DNA of 63,972 nucleotides, filler included, from Octopus bimaculoides (GCF_001194135.2; 6 parts of 6 records of this genome joined end to end with filler, not necessarily neighbours in it); one strand, 5' to 3'. Counted from the first letter of the whole stretch, positions 9,684 through 22,603 are shown. The notes: generated by a model not told the origin, from the letters alone. Made by a program: numbers and translations.

Positions 9684-10903
9684 TTTAATGCTTTAGGAAA
9701 TTTCTAGATGAAAGAAAAAGGATATATTACATTAAAATCAAAAACAACACCAAAAACAAACGAAACTAGTTATACTGGCATATATAGAAAGAAAGAGAGT
9801 GAGAGAGAGAAAAAGATTGAGAAACTGACAAACAGACACACAAATATATTTTCAATCAACTATTTGCTGGTTTTGTTTAACCCAGGTGAGTGCTAATTTC
9901 ACAAACTTTATAATCAGAAAAGTTCCAAGTTTGACCATCCTGCTTTATCTTTGTTTGACTACATTATCAGATGTATCATCCTTTTTTTGTTAAACTAGTA
10001 GGGTCTTTTTTTTTTCTTTTTTTTTGAGGGACACTTGGTTGCAATTTCTAGCAAGCTGAGTGAGCATGCAGTTGCCCTCCACCCAGAAGGACAGATTAGA
10101 AGCTGAAATATTAGAAGTACTAGAGGAGAAGGAACCATATAATATAGAAGGCAACTGAACCATGGACCAGATCTGTGAAATGATATGGTAAACAGAACCA
10201 TAAAAAAGCAAAGAATCAGTCCTGGAAAGAATAGAAGAAAAGGCAGGAAATAAAGAACATCACTAGATAGCTAGAAGCGAAGCTAAATGATAGGTGTAAT
10301 TAACAAGGAGACAGGCTGAAAATAAGTATTTTACTAAGATTTGAAATTTAAAGATCAGAAATGTGAAGTGTTTTGCATTGCAAAGTTTTCTGTCTGTACG
10401 GATATGGTACACTGGTGAAAAGTGTGTATACACAATCCTTTCTTCTATAGGCACAAGGCCTGAAATTTTAGGGGTGGGGACAAGTCAATTACATCGACCC
10501 CCAGTGCGTAACTGGTACTTAATATATTGGNNNNNNNNNNNNNNNNNNNNNNNNNNNNNNNNNNNNNNNNNNNNNNNNNNNNNNNNNNNNNNNNNNNNNN
10601 NNNNNNNNNNNNNNNNNNNNNNNNNNNNNNNNNNNNNNNNNNNNNNNNNNNNNNNNNNNNNNNNNNNNNNNNNNNNNNNNNNNNNNNNNNNNNNNNNNNN
10701 NNNNNNNNNNNNNNNNNNNNNNNNNNNNNNNNNNNNNNNNNNNNNNNNNNNNNNNNNNNNNNNNNNNNNNNNNNNNNNNNNNNNNNNNNNNNNNNNNNNN
10801 NNNNNNNNNNNNNNNNNNNNNNNNNNNNNNNNNNNNNNNNNNNNNNNNNNNNNNNNNNNNNNNNNNNNNNNNNNNNNNNNNNNNNNNNNNNNNNNNNNNN
10901 NNN

Positions 10904-10939
<36 letters not shown>

Positions 10940-11147
10940 TTTATGCTTATATTAATATTATCTTGGTTGAAAAACTTCAATAATGCAAATATGTTAATAG
11001 TTACCACGGTAGCAAAAATCACACAAAAACTGAGATATTATACCCGGTTAATGGGTAGAAATTCCATGTTAAAGTGATGTATTATGAGCTGATATAAAGG
11101 ATAATAATAAATGGAGCAAAACGCATATAATCAATAAGTTCCTTTAA

Positions 11148-11235
11148 TTCCTACATATGTTTCAAAAATTATGTGCACTCTACTCCAAAGAAGTAAGAGA
11201 TGCTGGTATATACACATAATTTCATCGTCAGGGAA
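11148..11235 (-). ncRNA. Type I hammerhead motif with long stem II
   Basis: Minus strand: TTCC-CTGACGA-T-GAAATTATGTG..37 nt..CACATAATTTT-T-GAAAC-ATAT-GTA-GGAA. Confidence 0.7.
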
Positions 11236-11880
11236 CCATGTTACAAATGCAAGACTTGTGCTGAATGCTATGGTTACGTACGAGTAATAATACTATATAG
11301 CGAAGTTAAATGACCTTAAGAAACAAGAACGCTAGTTTACAGGGAGCTGTTTAGGGAGAGTGGCTATGAATGTTATACTAAGAGTTTAAATTCAAGGAAG
11401 ACATAATGAACCGCAGAAAAATCTTAAAGTTAATAATAATGGTAATAAAAATTTATTGCAATTGGAAGGAGAAAGGAAGAGAATCCAATGAATTCTTTAT
11501 TTACAATTAATTATGTAAATAAACGTTTATAAGGAAGGAAAATTAAAGATGGATTGTAAATATAATTAACCATTAATGTTGTATCATATTAAGTTATGGT
11601 AATTAACCTAAATAAATGGTACAAGGTACAAGGTACAGGGTACAAAACTATAAAGTGATGAAATAATAAGAATAAACATGCATACGATAACAAAATCGAT
11701 AGTATATACGTAAATATATATAAGTATACTTAAAACTCTACGAATATAACTTTTCGGGGGTTAAACTTGCTGTACAAATTAGAGAAGGAGAGAGAGCGTG
11801 AACAACTAGCGTTGGAGTAAGATATAATTGTTAATCCTTTGTACAGACGGTCAGTAGCGACGCCTGCTGGGTTTGGCTGC

Positions 11881-11922
11881 TCTACATTGATAAGGTGCAA
11901 TACCCCGAAACTAGTCTCTAGA
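11881..11922 (+). ncRNA. Degenerate hammerhead motif, probably inactive
   Basis: TCTACA-TTGATAA-GGTG-CAATA-CCCC-GAAAC-TA-GTC-TCTAGA; two core substitutions relative to CTGATGA. Confidence 0.45.
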
Positions 11923-12136
11923 TGCCAGACCAGCAAGGGGAAGCGGCTGACCTCCCCTGTTCGAAGGTTATAAAGGACACAGGTTCAATTGTCACATAGC
12001 TGGCTAGAGGCAATAGCCTCTTAGAGCTAATCAACGGCAGCCATGTTGGCTTGGCGATAACTATTAATATCCAGTACTGCTGCGGTAGTCTCCTTTAGAG
12101 ACTTAGAAATATTAATATCTATATATATATATATAT

Positions 12137-12310
12137 AGTTTTAGGGAAAAGAACCAAGGTTCATGAACTCATCGATGAAAATCCACTGTCACATATTTAT
12201 ATTTATTTATATATATTTTACTCTGTGAAACTAAATTTAATTTTAATTTTTAATAAATTGATTTTAATTGAGTTTTTACCTGTAATTTGGGATTTTATCC
12301 CTAATATTAT

Positions 12311-12315
<5 letters not shown>
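12137..12315. mobile_element. Microsatellite-associated repeat with its 5' block inverted relative to the copy at 39266-39432
   Basis: Block gtggattttc.tcgatgagttc.tgaa is minus here and plus at ~39270; block aaattgattttaattgagtttttacctgtaatttgggatttt is plus in both. Confidence 0.7.
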
Positions 12316-12342
<27 letters not shown>

Positions 12343-13802
12343 NNNNNNNNNNNNNNNNNNNNNNNNNNNNNNNNNNNNNNNNNNNNNNNNNNNNNNNNNN
12401 NNNNNNNNNNNNNNNNNNNNNNNNNNNNNNNNNNNNNNNNNNNNNNNNNNNNNNNNNNNNNNNNNNNNNNNNNNNNNNNNNNNNNNNNNNNNNNNNNNNN
12501 NNNNNNNNNNNNNNNNNNNNNNNNNNNNNNNNNNNNNNNNNNNNNNNNNNNNNNNNNNNNNNNNNNNNNNNNNNNNNNNNNNNNNNNNNNNNNNNNNNNN
12601 NNNNNNNNNNNNNNNNNNNNNNNNNNNNNNNNNNNNNNNNNNNNNNNNNNNNNNNNNNNNNNNNNNNNNNNNNNNNNNNNNNNNNNNNNNNNNNNNNNNN
12701 NNNNNNNNNNNNNNNNNNNNNNNNNNNNNNNNNNNNNNNNNNNNNNNNNNNNNNNNNNNNNNNNNNNNNNNNNNNNNNNNNNNNNNNNNNNNNNNNNNNN
12801 NNNNNNNNNNNNNNNNNNNNNNNNNNNNNNNNNNNNNNNNNNNNNNNNNNNNNNNNNNNNNNNNNNNNNNNNNNNNNNNNNNNNNNNNNNNNNNNNNNNN
12901 NNNNNNNNNNNNNNNNNNNNNNNNNNNNNNNNNNNNNNNNNNNNNNNNNNNNNNNNNNNNNNNNNNNNNNNNNNNNNNNNNNNNNNNNNNNNNNNNNNNN
13001 NNNNNNNNNNNNNNNNNNNNNNNNNNNNNNNNNNNNNNNNNNNNNNNNNNNNATATATATATATATATATATATACATACATATATGTATTTATTTACAT
13101 ATATACATACATATACACACACTAGCATAGCTGGGGGTAGGCAGGGGCGATCCGCCCGAGGCGGTACTTTCATCCTGTTGTAGGCTATTGCTGTAGGCAA
13201 TGTGTGTTTTTTCTGTTTCAATATAAATGTAAGCCGTTCATTTTCACATCTAAGTTGTGAGAAGGCTATTCGTACGACCTGAACATGTAGAACACAATGT
13301 CAAAAATGAAAATCACCAACCCCCGCCCCCGTGACATATAGAACACATTATCGAAAACGAAAATCGTCAAAATTAAAAAATAAAGAAGTTACAGCCATTT
13401 TCCCTCAGTGTCTAATTTCAATGTCCACCGAAGTCTTATTGAATTAATCGTGTAAGTTTGTTTGATATAAATGTGCAAGAATGAATACAATTAAACAAAC
13501 TTACCTGGATTTCTTTAGTAAATTAAAGTTCCTTCTGTTAAGCAGAGGAAGGCAATCTAATGAAAGCTTATTAGTTAAAGTTTCTGGGAAAACCAGTTTC
13601 ACTTTATTGCAAATTTCAATACGTGACATATGGGCAGCTACTAGTTACCAAGGAGTTATTGTTGTAATTATGCCTGCTGAAATAGGAATGAGGCAGAAGG
13701 CTTTCATGCATATATCCGTGTTTGCGTATGCTAACGATTCAGAATTCATGACAAATCATTATTTTCACTGCGGCATATCCACAGACGTGTACCCTATCAG
13801 AT

Positions 13803-14080
13803 AGGGTATTGAAACTGTGGTCCGCAAGGACAAGACAGCGGGGTCCGTGGACAGTAAATATTTTTTATGGCCAATTTGATTTTATATATGTTTTTTAATC
13901 GAAATCTTTTAATTAACAATAAACCTATTTGTTAAATACTGTTAAATAAATAAATGTAAAAAATATGTTATTTTACGCAAATATTTATGTATAAATTTCA
14001 TAAGCGTTTACAAGGGGGTCCCTAAGGTAAAACCTGAAATATAAAGGGGTCCGCAAGTTAAGAAGTTTGAAAACCCCTGC
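13803..14080. mobile_element. Putative hAT-like MITE
   Basis: Degenerate ends tagggtattgaaactgtggtccgc and (reverse complement) caggggttttcaaact resemble CAGGGGTT.TCAAACT-type TIRs; no TSD confirmed. Confidence 0.35.
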
Positions 14081-14219
14081 CCTATCCGACTTTGTTGCCC
14101 CATAACTTCCAGAAAAAGGGATACTTTTTACGGAAATTTTCAACAGATACCTCTTAGATGCTGTGAATTCAGAGTATATAGGGATCTATAGAAGGGAGAC
14201 TTTTCGGTAAAAGAAAGAA

Positions 14220-14319
14220 NNNNNNNNNNNNNNNNNNNNNNNNNNNNNNNNNNNNNNNNNNNNTTAATTAATTAANNNNNNNNNNNNNNNNNNNNNNNNN
14301 NNNNNNNNNNNNNNNNNNN
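14220..14319. other. Artificial scaffold linker
   Basis: 44 N + TTAATTAATTAA (14264-14275, stops in all six frames) + 44 N. Confidence 0.97.
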
Positions 14320-14828
14320 TATATATATATATATATATATATGCATGCATACACGCACATATTCACACATTCAACTACACACAAACTTATATATCCATGC
14401 ACACACACACACAATAATCTCTAGTGCTTTTTTTCCTTAAATATTGGTGCCAGTTGGAGTTATTAAAAGTTTAGTAGTTTGTGAAGAGATAATTACATTT
14501 TAAACAGAAAGGTAGTTGAAGGTTATCAGGTACTTTGTGCTTAAATGATTTTTAATAAAAAAAAAAGAAGAAATTGGATAACCTTCGAAAAATCTGCATT
14601 GCATCACAGTAAAATTTAAATTGATTAATTTTATAATTCCTTTTAAAAAAACGAATAAATCTGACGATGAATAATCATATATTATTTAAGTAAAAATTTT
14701 AAAACTGGTAAAATCACATTCAACAGGATACTTTTAAACATAGCGAGAAGAGAATATATGCACGCTCACTCGCATGCAGATACATTGCCAAAGTCAACTC
14801 TGACATGAATGCATAATATCAATATCGA

Positions 14829-14948
<120 letters not shown>

Positions 14949-15134
14949 TACACAACACACATATACGTATATGTTGTGTATGTATATTTGTATGTATGCA
15001 TATGTGTGTGTGTACGTGTGTGTATATATATATATATATGTATATGTATGTATGCCTGTATGTATGTGCGTACGTATGTATGTATGTGCGTGTGTGTGTG
15101 TGTGTTTATGTATATGTTATTATATGTTTACGAG

Positions 15135-15377
15135 AGCTTGACAGGCATCTCCAACTAGCAGGCCATTGCTACTCCAGACTGATGACGAGCAAAGACTCAG
15201 AAACATGTCTCTGGATGCAGGATTAGCTAAGTGGAGGGGCTTGTCTCCCCCTTGCAAACATAAGGACACAGGAAATGTGTCAAGGCCAACAGGAAGCGGT
15301 GCTGCTTCCTAGGGCTAAATAGCAGTAGTATTATTCCCTTCATGGGACTGTCACATTAAGTTGACAGCATACAACTA
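15135..15377 (+). mobile_element. Hammerhead-bearing repeat (Penelope pLTR-like), related to 8176-8410
   Basis: Ends cagtagtattattcccttca.gggactgtcacattaagttgacagcatacaac; follows a long TA/TG microsatellite. Confidence 0.7.
15173..15215 (+). ncRNA. Type I hammerhead motif
   Basis: TCCAGA-CTGATGA-C-GAG-CAAAGA-CTC-A-GAAAC-AT-GTC-TCTGGA: 6-bp stem I, intact core, GUC cleavage triplet. Confidence 0.75.
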
Positions 15378-15509
15378 CCTTATGCGCATAGAATTTTTGT
15401 TAAAGAACTAAATTATTGCTTTTACTATATTTGTTATCTGTACTGCTCTACAACTACTTCTGCTACTACTACTACCACCCCACTAATACTACTACTAATA
15501 TTGCTATAG

Positions 15510-15579
<70 letters not shown>

Positions 15580-15816
15580 CACAAGAAGAAGACGAGCAAC
15601 AACAACAACAACAACAACTACTACTGTTGAAACTACTTCCACCTCACCCCTTACACAAACTGTTTCAACCCTTCTCTGTACTGTCTCTTTTCTGTGGCCA
15701 TGAACTGACAAATTCTTTTCTTTGATGTTACCAATTCCTAATTCTGTTGTATTGGACAATGTCAAAGGTGCCTCAACCGAGAGAGCGAAGGACGAAAGAG
15801 TACACGAAATTCTACC

Positions 15817-15890
15817 AAAAGCCAAATTAATTGACCTCTAATGAATAACAGGCAAAAGCCAAATTAATTGACCTCTAATGAATAACAGGC
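15817..15890. repeat. 37-bp exact tandem duplication
   Basis: aaaagccaaattaattgacctctaatgaataacaggc twice. Confidence 0.95.
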
Positions 15891-16220
15891 AATAGCAATC
15901 AGAATGACTGGCCTATAGAGATGAGGAAAAAAAACATATTTGAAACACCGAAACTTCTTCATAGTTGCTAATAGCCTCATCTCAAACCAGTTGAGTGGAA
16001 CTGTGTCAGTGACCAGGTCGCAATTAGTGCGACGAAACTTCAGACACGAAATAATAAATGTTTAAGTGAAGTTGACTGTCTTTATGTGTTACTGAGTGGT
16101 TAATATGCGTCTTCCACGCTGTAATTGCTTTGGTTATAACACACGTCTCGAAACAAATCACTTGACAGACAAGTACATCTCTCAAACACACGCACGCACG
16201 CACGCACGCACGTACGCACG

Positions 16221-16292
<72 letters not shown>

Positions 16293-16431
16293 CCAAAAAT
16301 TCACGCACAAGGGGCTTCATTAAGCACGCTAAACGTTAGATATTCAAAACAGTGATCCCAGAAGACCTCTAGGATCCCATTGATTAACAAAGAACTAGAC
16401 AAATAACTATGTAGAGATTGGTAAAAGGATA

Positions 16432-16628
16432 AAGACCCCCTTCGGTCATGACTGACCATGGGATTGCACCTAGAAAGTTACCCTCCGAGGTACAAGTCCA
16501 TGCAAGGTTGTTTATGGATGACCAGTAGTCGCCCATGCATACCAGCCTCCCCTCTCCATGCCATCGACGTTATCCAAGGGAAAAGCAAAGGCCAATACAA
16601 CTTGACACCAGTGACGTCGCAACTCATT
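16432..16628 (-). mobile_element. SINE family C 3' part
   Basis: Reverse-complement homology to 19170-19376 (gagttgcgacgt.ac.ggtg...catgaccgaag.gggtcttta). Confidence 0.7.
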
Positions 16629-16629
16629 C

Positions 16630-16862
16630 CTACCTATGCTGAACTATTGAGAAATTTGCTGGTACTCTATCCAGATTACAAAATCAGGTTTATACCTGTA
16701 ATTATTGGGGCTCTGGGATATGTAACACACTGCCTAAATACCAATCTTGAAAAATTAGGTTTCTCAAAGCCAGAAAGGAGATAGCTAATTCGAAGACTAC
16801 AGATCTAATCCATCACTGGAACTGTAAAAATATGTAAAACTTTCCAGAAGTTTAGTATTTAG
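16630..16862 (+). mobile_element. Non-LTR retrotransposon C-terminal fragment, restriction-like endonuclease type (R4/Dong-like), decayed
   Basis: YAELLRNLLVLYPDYKIRFIPVIIGALGYV...LEKLG...LIRRLQI*SITGTVKICKTF, with two in-frame stops. Confidence 0.7.
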
Positions 16863-16978
16863 ATATATATGAGCATATCTAGATATGCAACTATATGCAT
16901 GAGAATACATACATAAAGCAATACATACAAATCTCTCTCTCTCTATATGAATGTAGTAGATATGAATATAAGTAGATA

Positions 16979-17063
<85 letters not shown>

Positions 17064-17341
17064 CACACACACACACTTTGTGCGTTTGTTGTGTGTGTAT
17101 GTGTGCGCGCGCGCGTGTGATATCGGATTTATATCTACTACATTCATAAGTATAGAAATTTATGTTTGCATGTATGTATGTATGTATGTATGTATGTATG
17201 TATCTATCTATCTATCTATATCTATCTACATATATATACATACATATATTGATAGAATTGGGAGCGCAATTTGACCAGCAATGTATCTTCTGTATCTTTT
17301 GACCAGCAATGTATCCAAAGGTCTGGTCGGTACTGTGATAT

Positions 17342-17376
<35 letters not shown>

Positions 17377-18082
17377 AAACACTCAAAGCGCTGACTCTTT
17401 TAACATCAATATTCAACTGAGCGGAAAAAACAGAGATAGAGAGAGAGAGAGAGAGAGAGNNNNNNNNNNNNNNNNNNNNNNNNNNNNNNNNNNNNNNNNN
17501 NNNNNNNNNNNNNNNNNNNNNNNNNNNNNNNNNNNNNNNNNNNNNNNNNNNNNNNNNNNNNNNNNNNNNNNNNNNNNNNNNNNNNNNNNNNNNNNNNNNN
17601 NNNNNNNNNNNNNNNNNNNNNNNNNNNNNNNNNNNNNNNNNNNNNNNNNNNNNNNNNNNNNNNNNNNNNNNNNNNNNNNNNNNNNNNNNNNNNNNNNNNN
17701 NNNNNNNNNNNNNNNNNNNNNNNNNNNNNNNNNNNNNNNNNNNNNNNNNNNNNNNNNNNNNNNNNNNNNNNNNNNNNNNNNNNNNNNNNNNNNNNNNNNN
17801 NNNNNNNNNNNNNNNNNNNNNNNNNNNNNNNNNNNNNNNNNNNNNNNNNNNNNNNNNNNNNNNNNNNNNNNNNNNNNNNNNNNNNNNNNNNNNNNNNNNN
17901 NNNNNNNNNNNNNNNNNNNNNNNNNNNNNNNNNNNNNAAAAACCAAACAGCAGGTAACAGCGAGGTTTATAATGTCTTTTCTTCCTAAACGTCCTTATGT
18001 AAATGATTTAGATTCGCTGAAACAATGATGTGGAAGATGAAGCTGTAAACGTTGAAGTAAACTTACACGAATATCTAATATA

Positions 18083-18966
18083 CGTGGTCTGATTAATTAG
18101 TATCCGTACTGTTGCCATAGTAACGAAGCTAAAGCACAGAGAGTAAAGCCACTTGGCACAGATTGATCTTGAACTCTGTTGTGCATGTGCTCTAAGTTTT
18201 AACGTTCTAGCTCACTTCTGCAACTTACAGCAGTGCTTGGAAGGAAGATGTGTAGTGTGTGATCGTCGCATTGACCATGATAGAGAAAGTTGAGCAGAGA
18301 ATTTCCATCAAATTTTGTCTAAAGCTTAGCGATACCAGCTCAGAGGCCTACGCAAAGTTTTCGGAAAGTTTTCATCGTTCTCGACACAATCAAAGAGATC
18401 TTGTGCAACTGAAACCCCAGTGTCTTTTTAATCAGCAGAAAACAGTTTTGGCACAGACCTGGCAGACATGCGTCTCATGCCTAAATCTTCAGTGATAATG
18501 GATTGAACTGAACCGTAACTAATCTGCGTATCCTCTGATAACTCACGGATGGTGATTCGACGATTTCCCCTCATAGCTGCACGCACATCTGCGATGGTTT
18601 TCTCAGTTCTGCTGGTTGCGCGTCTCCCAGAGCGTTCGTCAATACCGAAATTCTTTCGGTCATCTTGGAAACGGCTGAACCATTCGTACATTTGTGTGCG
18701 GCTCATACACTCCTCTCCATACACTTTCTGCAACTTTGCGTAGGCCTCTGAGCAGGTATCGCCATGACAACTTTCACTGTCGTGGTCAATGTGACGATCA
18801 CACGCTACACACGTTCCTTCCAAGCACTGCTGTAAACAGTGGAAGTGAGTTACAACGTTAGAACTTAGAGCAGAGTTCAAGGACAATCTTTGCTAAGCAG
18901 CTTCAGTTAGCGTGCTTTAGCTTCGTTACTACGGCAACAGTCGGGATAGTTATTGATCAGACCTCG
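18083..18966. mobile_element. Two mariner 5' halves in inverted orientation, transposase pseudogenised
   Basis: Plus arm encodes MIEKVEQRISIKFCLKL; minus arm encodes SEAYAKLQKVYGEECMSRTQMYEWFSRF...ERSGR...RRITIRELSED...SARSVPK; both ends read cg.ggtctgat.aat.a.tatcc; TA on the left. Confidence 0.9.
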
Positions 18967-19046
18967 CATTTGATACTCACTACATTCGATATACAAATTT
19001 TATTGTTTGTTTTTCGTGCAGATGGTGTATCAAAAAAATTAACATT

Positions 19047-19376
19047 GGTTGGCTCAGTAGTAAGAACGTCGGTCTCACAATCATGAGGTTATGAGTTCGA
19101 TTCCCGGACCGAACTGTGTGTTGTATCCTTGAGCAAGTCATTTTATTTCATGTTCCTCCAGTTCACTTAAATGTAGAAATGAGTTGCGACGTTACCGGTG
19201 CCAAGCTCTATCGGCCTTTGTTCTTCCCTTGGAGAACAGTTTTGGCATGGAGAGAGGAGACTGGTATGTATGGGAGCTGCTGATTTTCTATAAACTACTT
19301 TGCCTGGACTTTCACCTCGTGGGGTAACTTTCTAGGAGAAATCCCATGATCATTCATGACCGAAGAGGGTCTTTAA
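19047..19376 (+). mobile_element. tRNA-derived SINE family C
   Basis: A box tggctcagtag; B box gagttcgattcc; ccttgagcaag core. Confidence 0.8.
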
Positions 19377-19831
19377 TATCATTTGAATATATTAATTATT
19401 TTCACTTATTGATATTTTATTTCTACTTAATAAATCTCTCAATACTACTTCGGTAAGTATGGTGAAGTCCTCTTTCCCCCGAGGAAATCTAATAAGGTGT
19501 AAACATGTGTATTGTTGTCTCCCTTCTTTGCTGGAATGATTAGATGTTAAGATAGGAAATCGAAGCTCAGTAATCTTTTCCATACATGATAATTATGTGT
19601 GTGTGTGCGTGCGTGTGTGTGTTTCTATGTGTTTCTATGTGTTTCTATATGTGAAACTGAAAGTAGTTACAAAAAGTATTCTGACTGTTTCAAAATATAT
19701 GTATTTTCCACTTTAAACTCAAACACATACACACACCTTTCGTTCGTTCGTTCGTTCGTTCCTTTCTTTCTTTCGTTTTCTCCCCCTCCTCTCTCTCTCT
19801 CTCTATCTATCTATACATACATACATACATA

Positions 19832-19884
<53 letters not shown>

Positions 19885-20113
19885 TTATATATGTATATAT
19901 ATACATGTATATATGTGTGTGTAAGTGTGTGTGTGTGTGCAATTGCAATATACACCCACACTCTCACACACACAAACGGAAATGTAAATATACGAGCGAC
20001 ATAGAACACATTACTTGGTAAAGAGTTTATGCGTATATTTATCCAAACCGAAGTTTCCAAGACTTTTTTCTCTCACTCTCTCTCTCTCTCTCTCTCTCTC
20101 CGCTTCTTTCTTT

Positions 20114-20159
<46 letters not shown>

Positions 20160-20953
20160 ACATACACTGAAGTGTGCGTGTATATGTCTAGACCACTCGA
20201 AAACAGAAAGCATTTAGACATCTGGTCATGAATTTCATCTTGTGAACAAGTTTACATACCGAGGTTCAAATATCAACAATGATTTAGAATTATATGATGT
20301 GATAAGTAAACAGAAAAGCCATGTAAATATATAGCATTTGAAATTCTTCGCCAACATTATTTGGATGTACAAGTATTTAGTCACACTGTCAAGAGGTTAA
20401 ATGCAAACTCAACACGTTAGTAGTGCCACTGAAATTTACAAACAGGATGAGAAGTCGGTGACTAGACCGACGCTTTACTGTGATTGGCCATGTAGAGGAT
20501 GTGTGGGTATCGAGAAAGATTAAAATATAAAATGTACTAAAAGTACATGAATTCAGTGAGCGGCGACAGATTCCATCTCCTGAAGAGAAGATGGGTTCCA
20601 TTAGGATTATCAAACCCAATGTAACTGAGCTTGCTTTGGTTCAACGTGGTTTCAATCTCGGATTTCAAGTATTTTCTGTTATAGCTCCGGACCGACAATG
20701 CCTTGTTGGTAAATTTCCTTGACACTGAAACTTATTAGGGCGACCGAGAAGGTAGTAAAAGTGTTGTACAAGCTTTTGCCCTTAAAGCCATTGAAGTCTT
20801 ATTTCATTCCTTGGTCCGTTTTGTATATTATAAAACCCTACGGCGATGGATGCATGGCGACGTGTGATCCGTGCGCATGCAAGGATAAAAGTAAAACAGA
20901 AGAACCAAGCTGAATGTGAGACGGCTGTCATCTAACAAAATAAGGCAATGATC

Positions 20954-21009
<56 letters not shown>

Positions 21010-22603
21010 NNNNNNNNNNNNNNNNNNNNNNNNNNNNNNNNNNNNNNNNNNNNNNNNNNNNNNNNNNNNNNNNNNNNNNNNNNNNNNNNNNNNNNNNNNN
21101 NNNNNNNNNNNNNNNNNNNNNNNNNNNNNNNNNNNNNNNNNNNNNNNNNNNNNNNNNNNNNNNNNNNNNNNNNNNNNNNNNNNNNNNNNNNNNNNNNNNN
21201 NNNNNNNNNNNNNNNNNNNNNNNNNNNNNNNNNNNNNNNNNNNNNNNNNNNNNNNNNNNNNNNNNNNNNNNNNNNNNNNNNNNNNNNNNNNNNNNNNNNN
21301 NNNNNNNNNNNNNNNNNNNNNNNNNNNNNNNNNNNNNNNNNNNNNNNNNNNNNNNNNNNNNNNNNNNNNNNNNNNNNNNNNNNNNNNNNNNNNNNNNNNN
21401 NNNNNNNNNNNNNNNNNNNNNNNNNNNNNNNNNNNNNNNNNNNNNNNNNNNNNNNNNNNNNNNNNNNNNNNNNNNNNNNNNNNNNNNNNNNNNNNNNNNN
21501 NNNNNNNNNNNNNNNNNNNNNNNNNNNNNNNNNNNNNNNNNNNNNNNNNNNNNNNNNNNNNNNNNNNNNNNNNNNNNNNNNNNNNNNNNNNNNNNNNNNN
21601 NNNNNNNNNNNNNNNNNNNNNNNNNNNNNNNNNNNNNNNNNNNNNNNNNNNNNNNNNNNNNNNNNNNNNNNNNNNNNNNNNNNNNNNNNNNNNNNNNNNN
21701 NNNNNNNNNNNNNNNNNNNNNNNNNNNNNNNNNNNNNNNNNNNNNNNNNNNNNNNNNNNNNNNNNNNNNNNNNNNNNNNNNNNNNNNNNNNNNNNNNNNN
21801 NNNNNNNNNNNNNNNNNNNNNNNNNNNNNNNNNNNNNNNNNNNNNNNNNNNNNNNNNNNNNNNNNNNNNNNNNNNNNNNNNNNNNNNNNNNNNNNNNNNN
21901 NNNNNNNNNATGTACCATAATCTTTTTAGTTGGTCCTAATTCTTTGCTCTTTCTTTTATTTTCATCTTCGTACAAAAATAAATTATTCTCTTCTACTTCC
22001 ACCCATTCGTTAAAATAGGTTCTCTCTAACCAACACACACACACACACACACACCCACCCACATACAGCTGGCACTCAATCGGTTACGACGATGAGGGTA
22101 CCAACAAAACAGCCTGCTCGTGAAATTAACGTGCAAGTGGCTGAGCACTCCACAGACACGCGTGCCATTAACATGATTCTCAGGGATATTCAGCGAGACA
22201 GGGAATGTGCCAAATCTGGCCCTTTGAATTACAGACACTACTCATTTTTGAAAGCTGAGCGGGACTGGAGCAGCGTGAAAGAGAGAGTCTTGCTCAAGTA
22301 CACAATGCGTCGCCGGGAATTGAACTCGCGACTTACCACAGACAAACACATAGACTTACACACCAACACACAACTACATACAGAAATACACATACCATCA
22401 CAAACACGCAAAACAAGAGCAAATATTGACGGTGAAAAACGTGACGACAAAAAGAAGACAATACGTAAATTAAAAATACGTAAATTAAAAATAATGAATA
22501 TGTATAAGAAGAGTTTGATGAAAGATCTAAGTGAAATATATATCTATTATACAAGATGATCTTCACCACAGAAAATTAGCAACCGTGTTGTTTTCGTGGG
22601 AGG

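Noticed and set aside
10029-10187. Plus-strand exon between a strong acceptor and a GTAAAC donor
   Set aside because: Stops in all three frames and no recognisable homology.
14264-14275. TTAATTAATTAA as a recurring biological motif
   Set aside because: Always centred in exactly 44 N on each side; an assembly linker.
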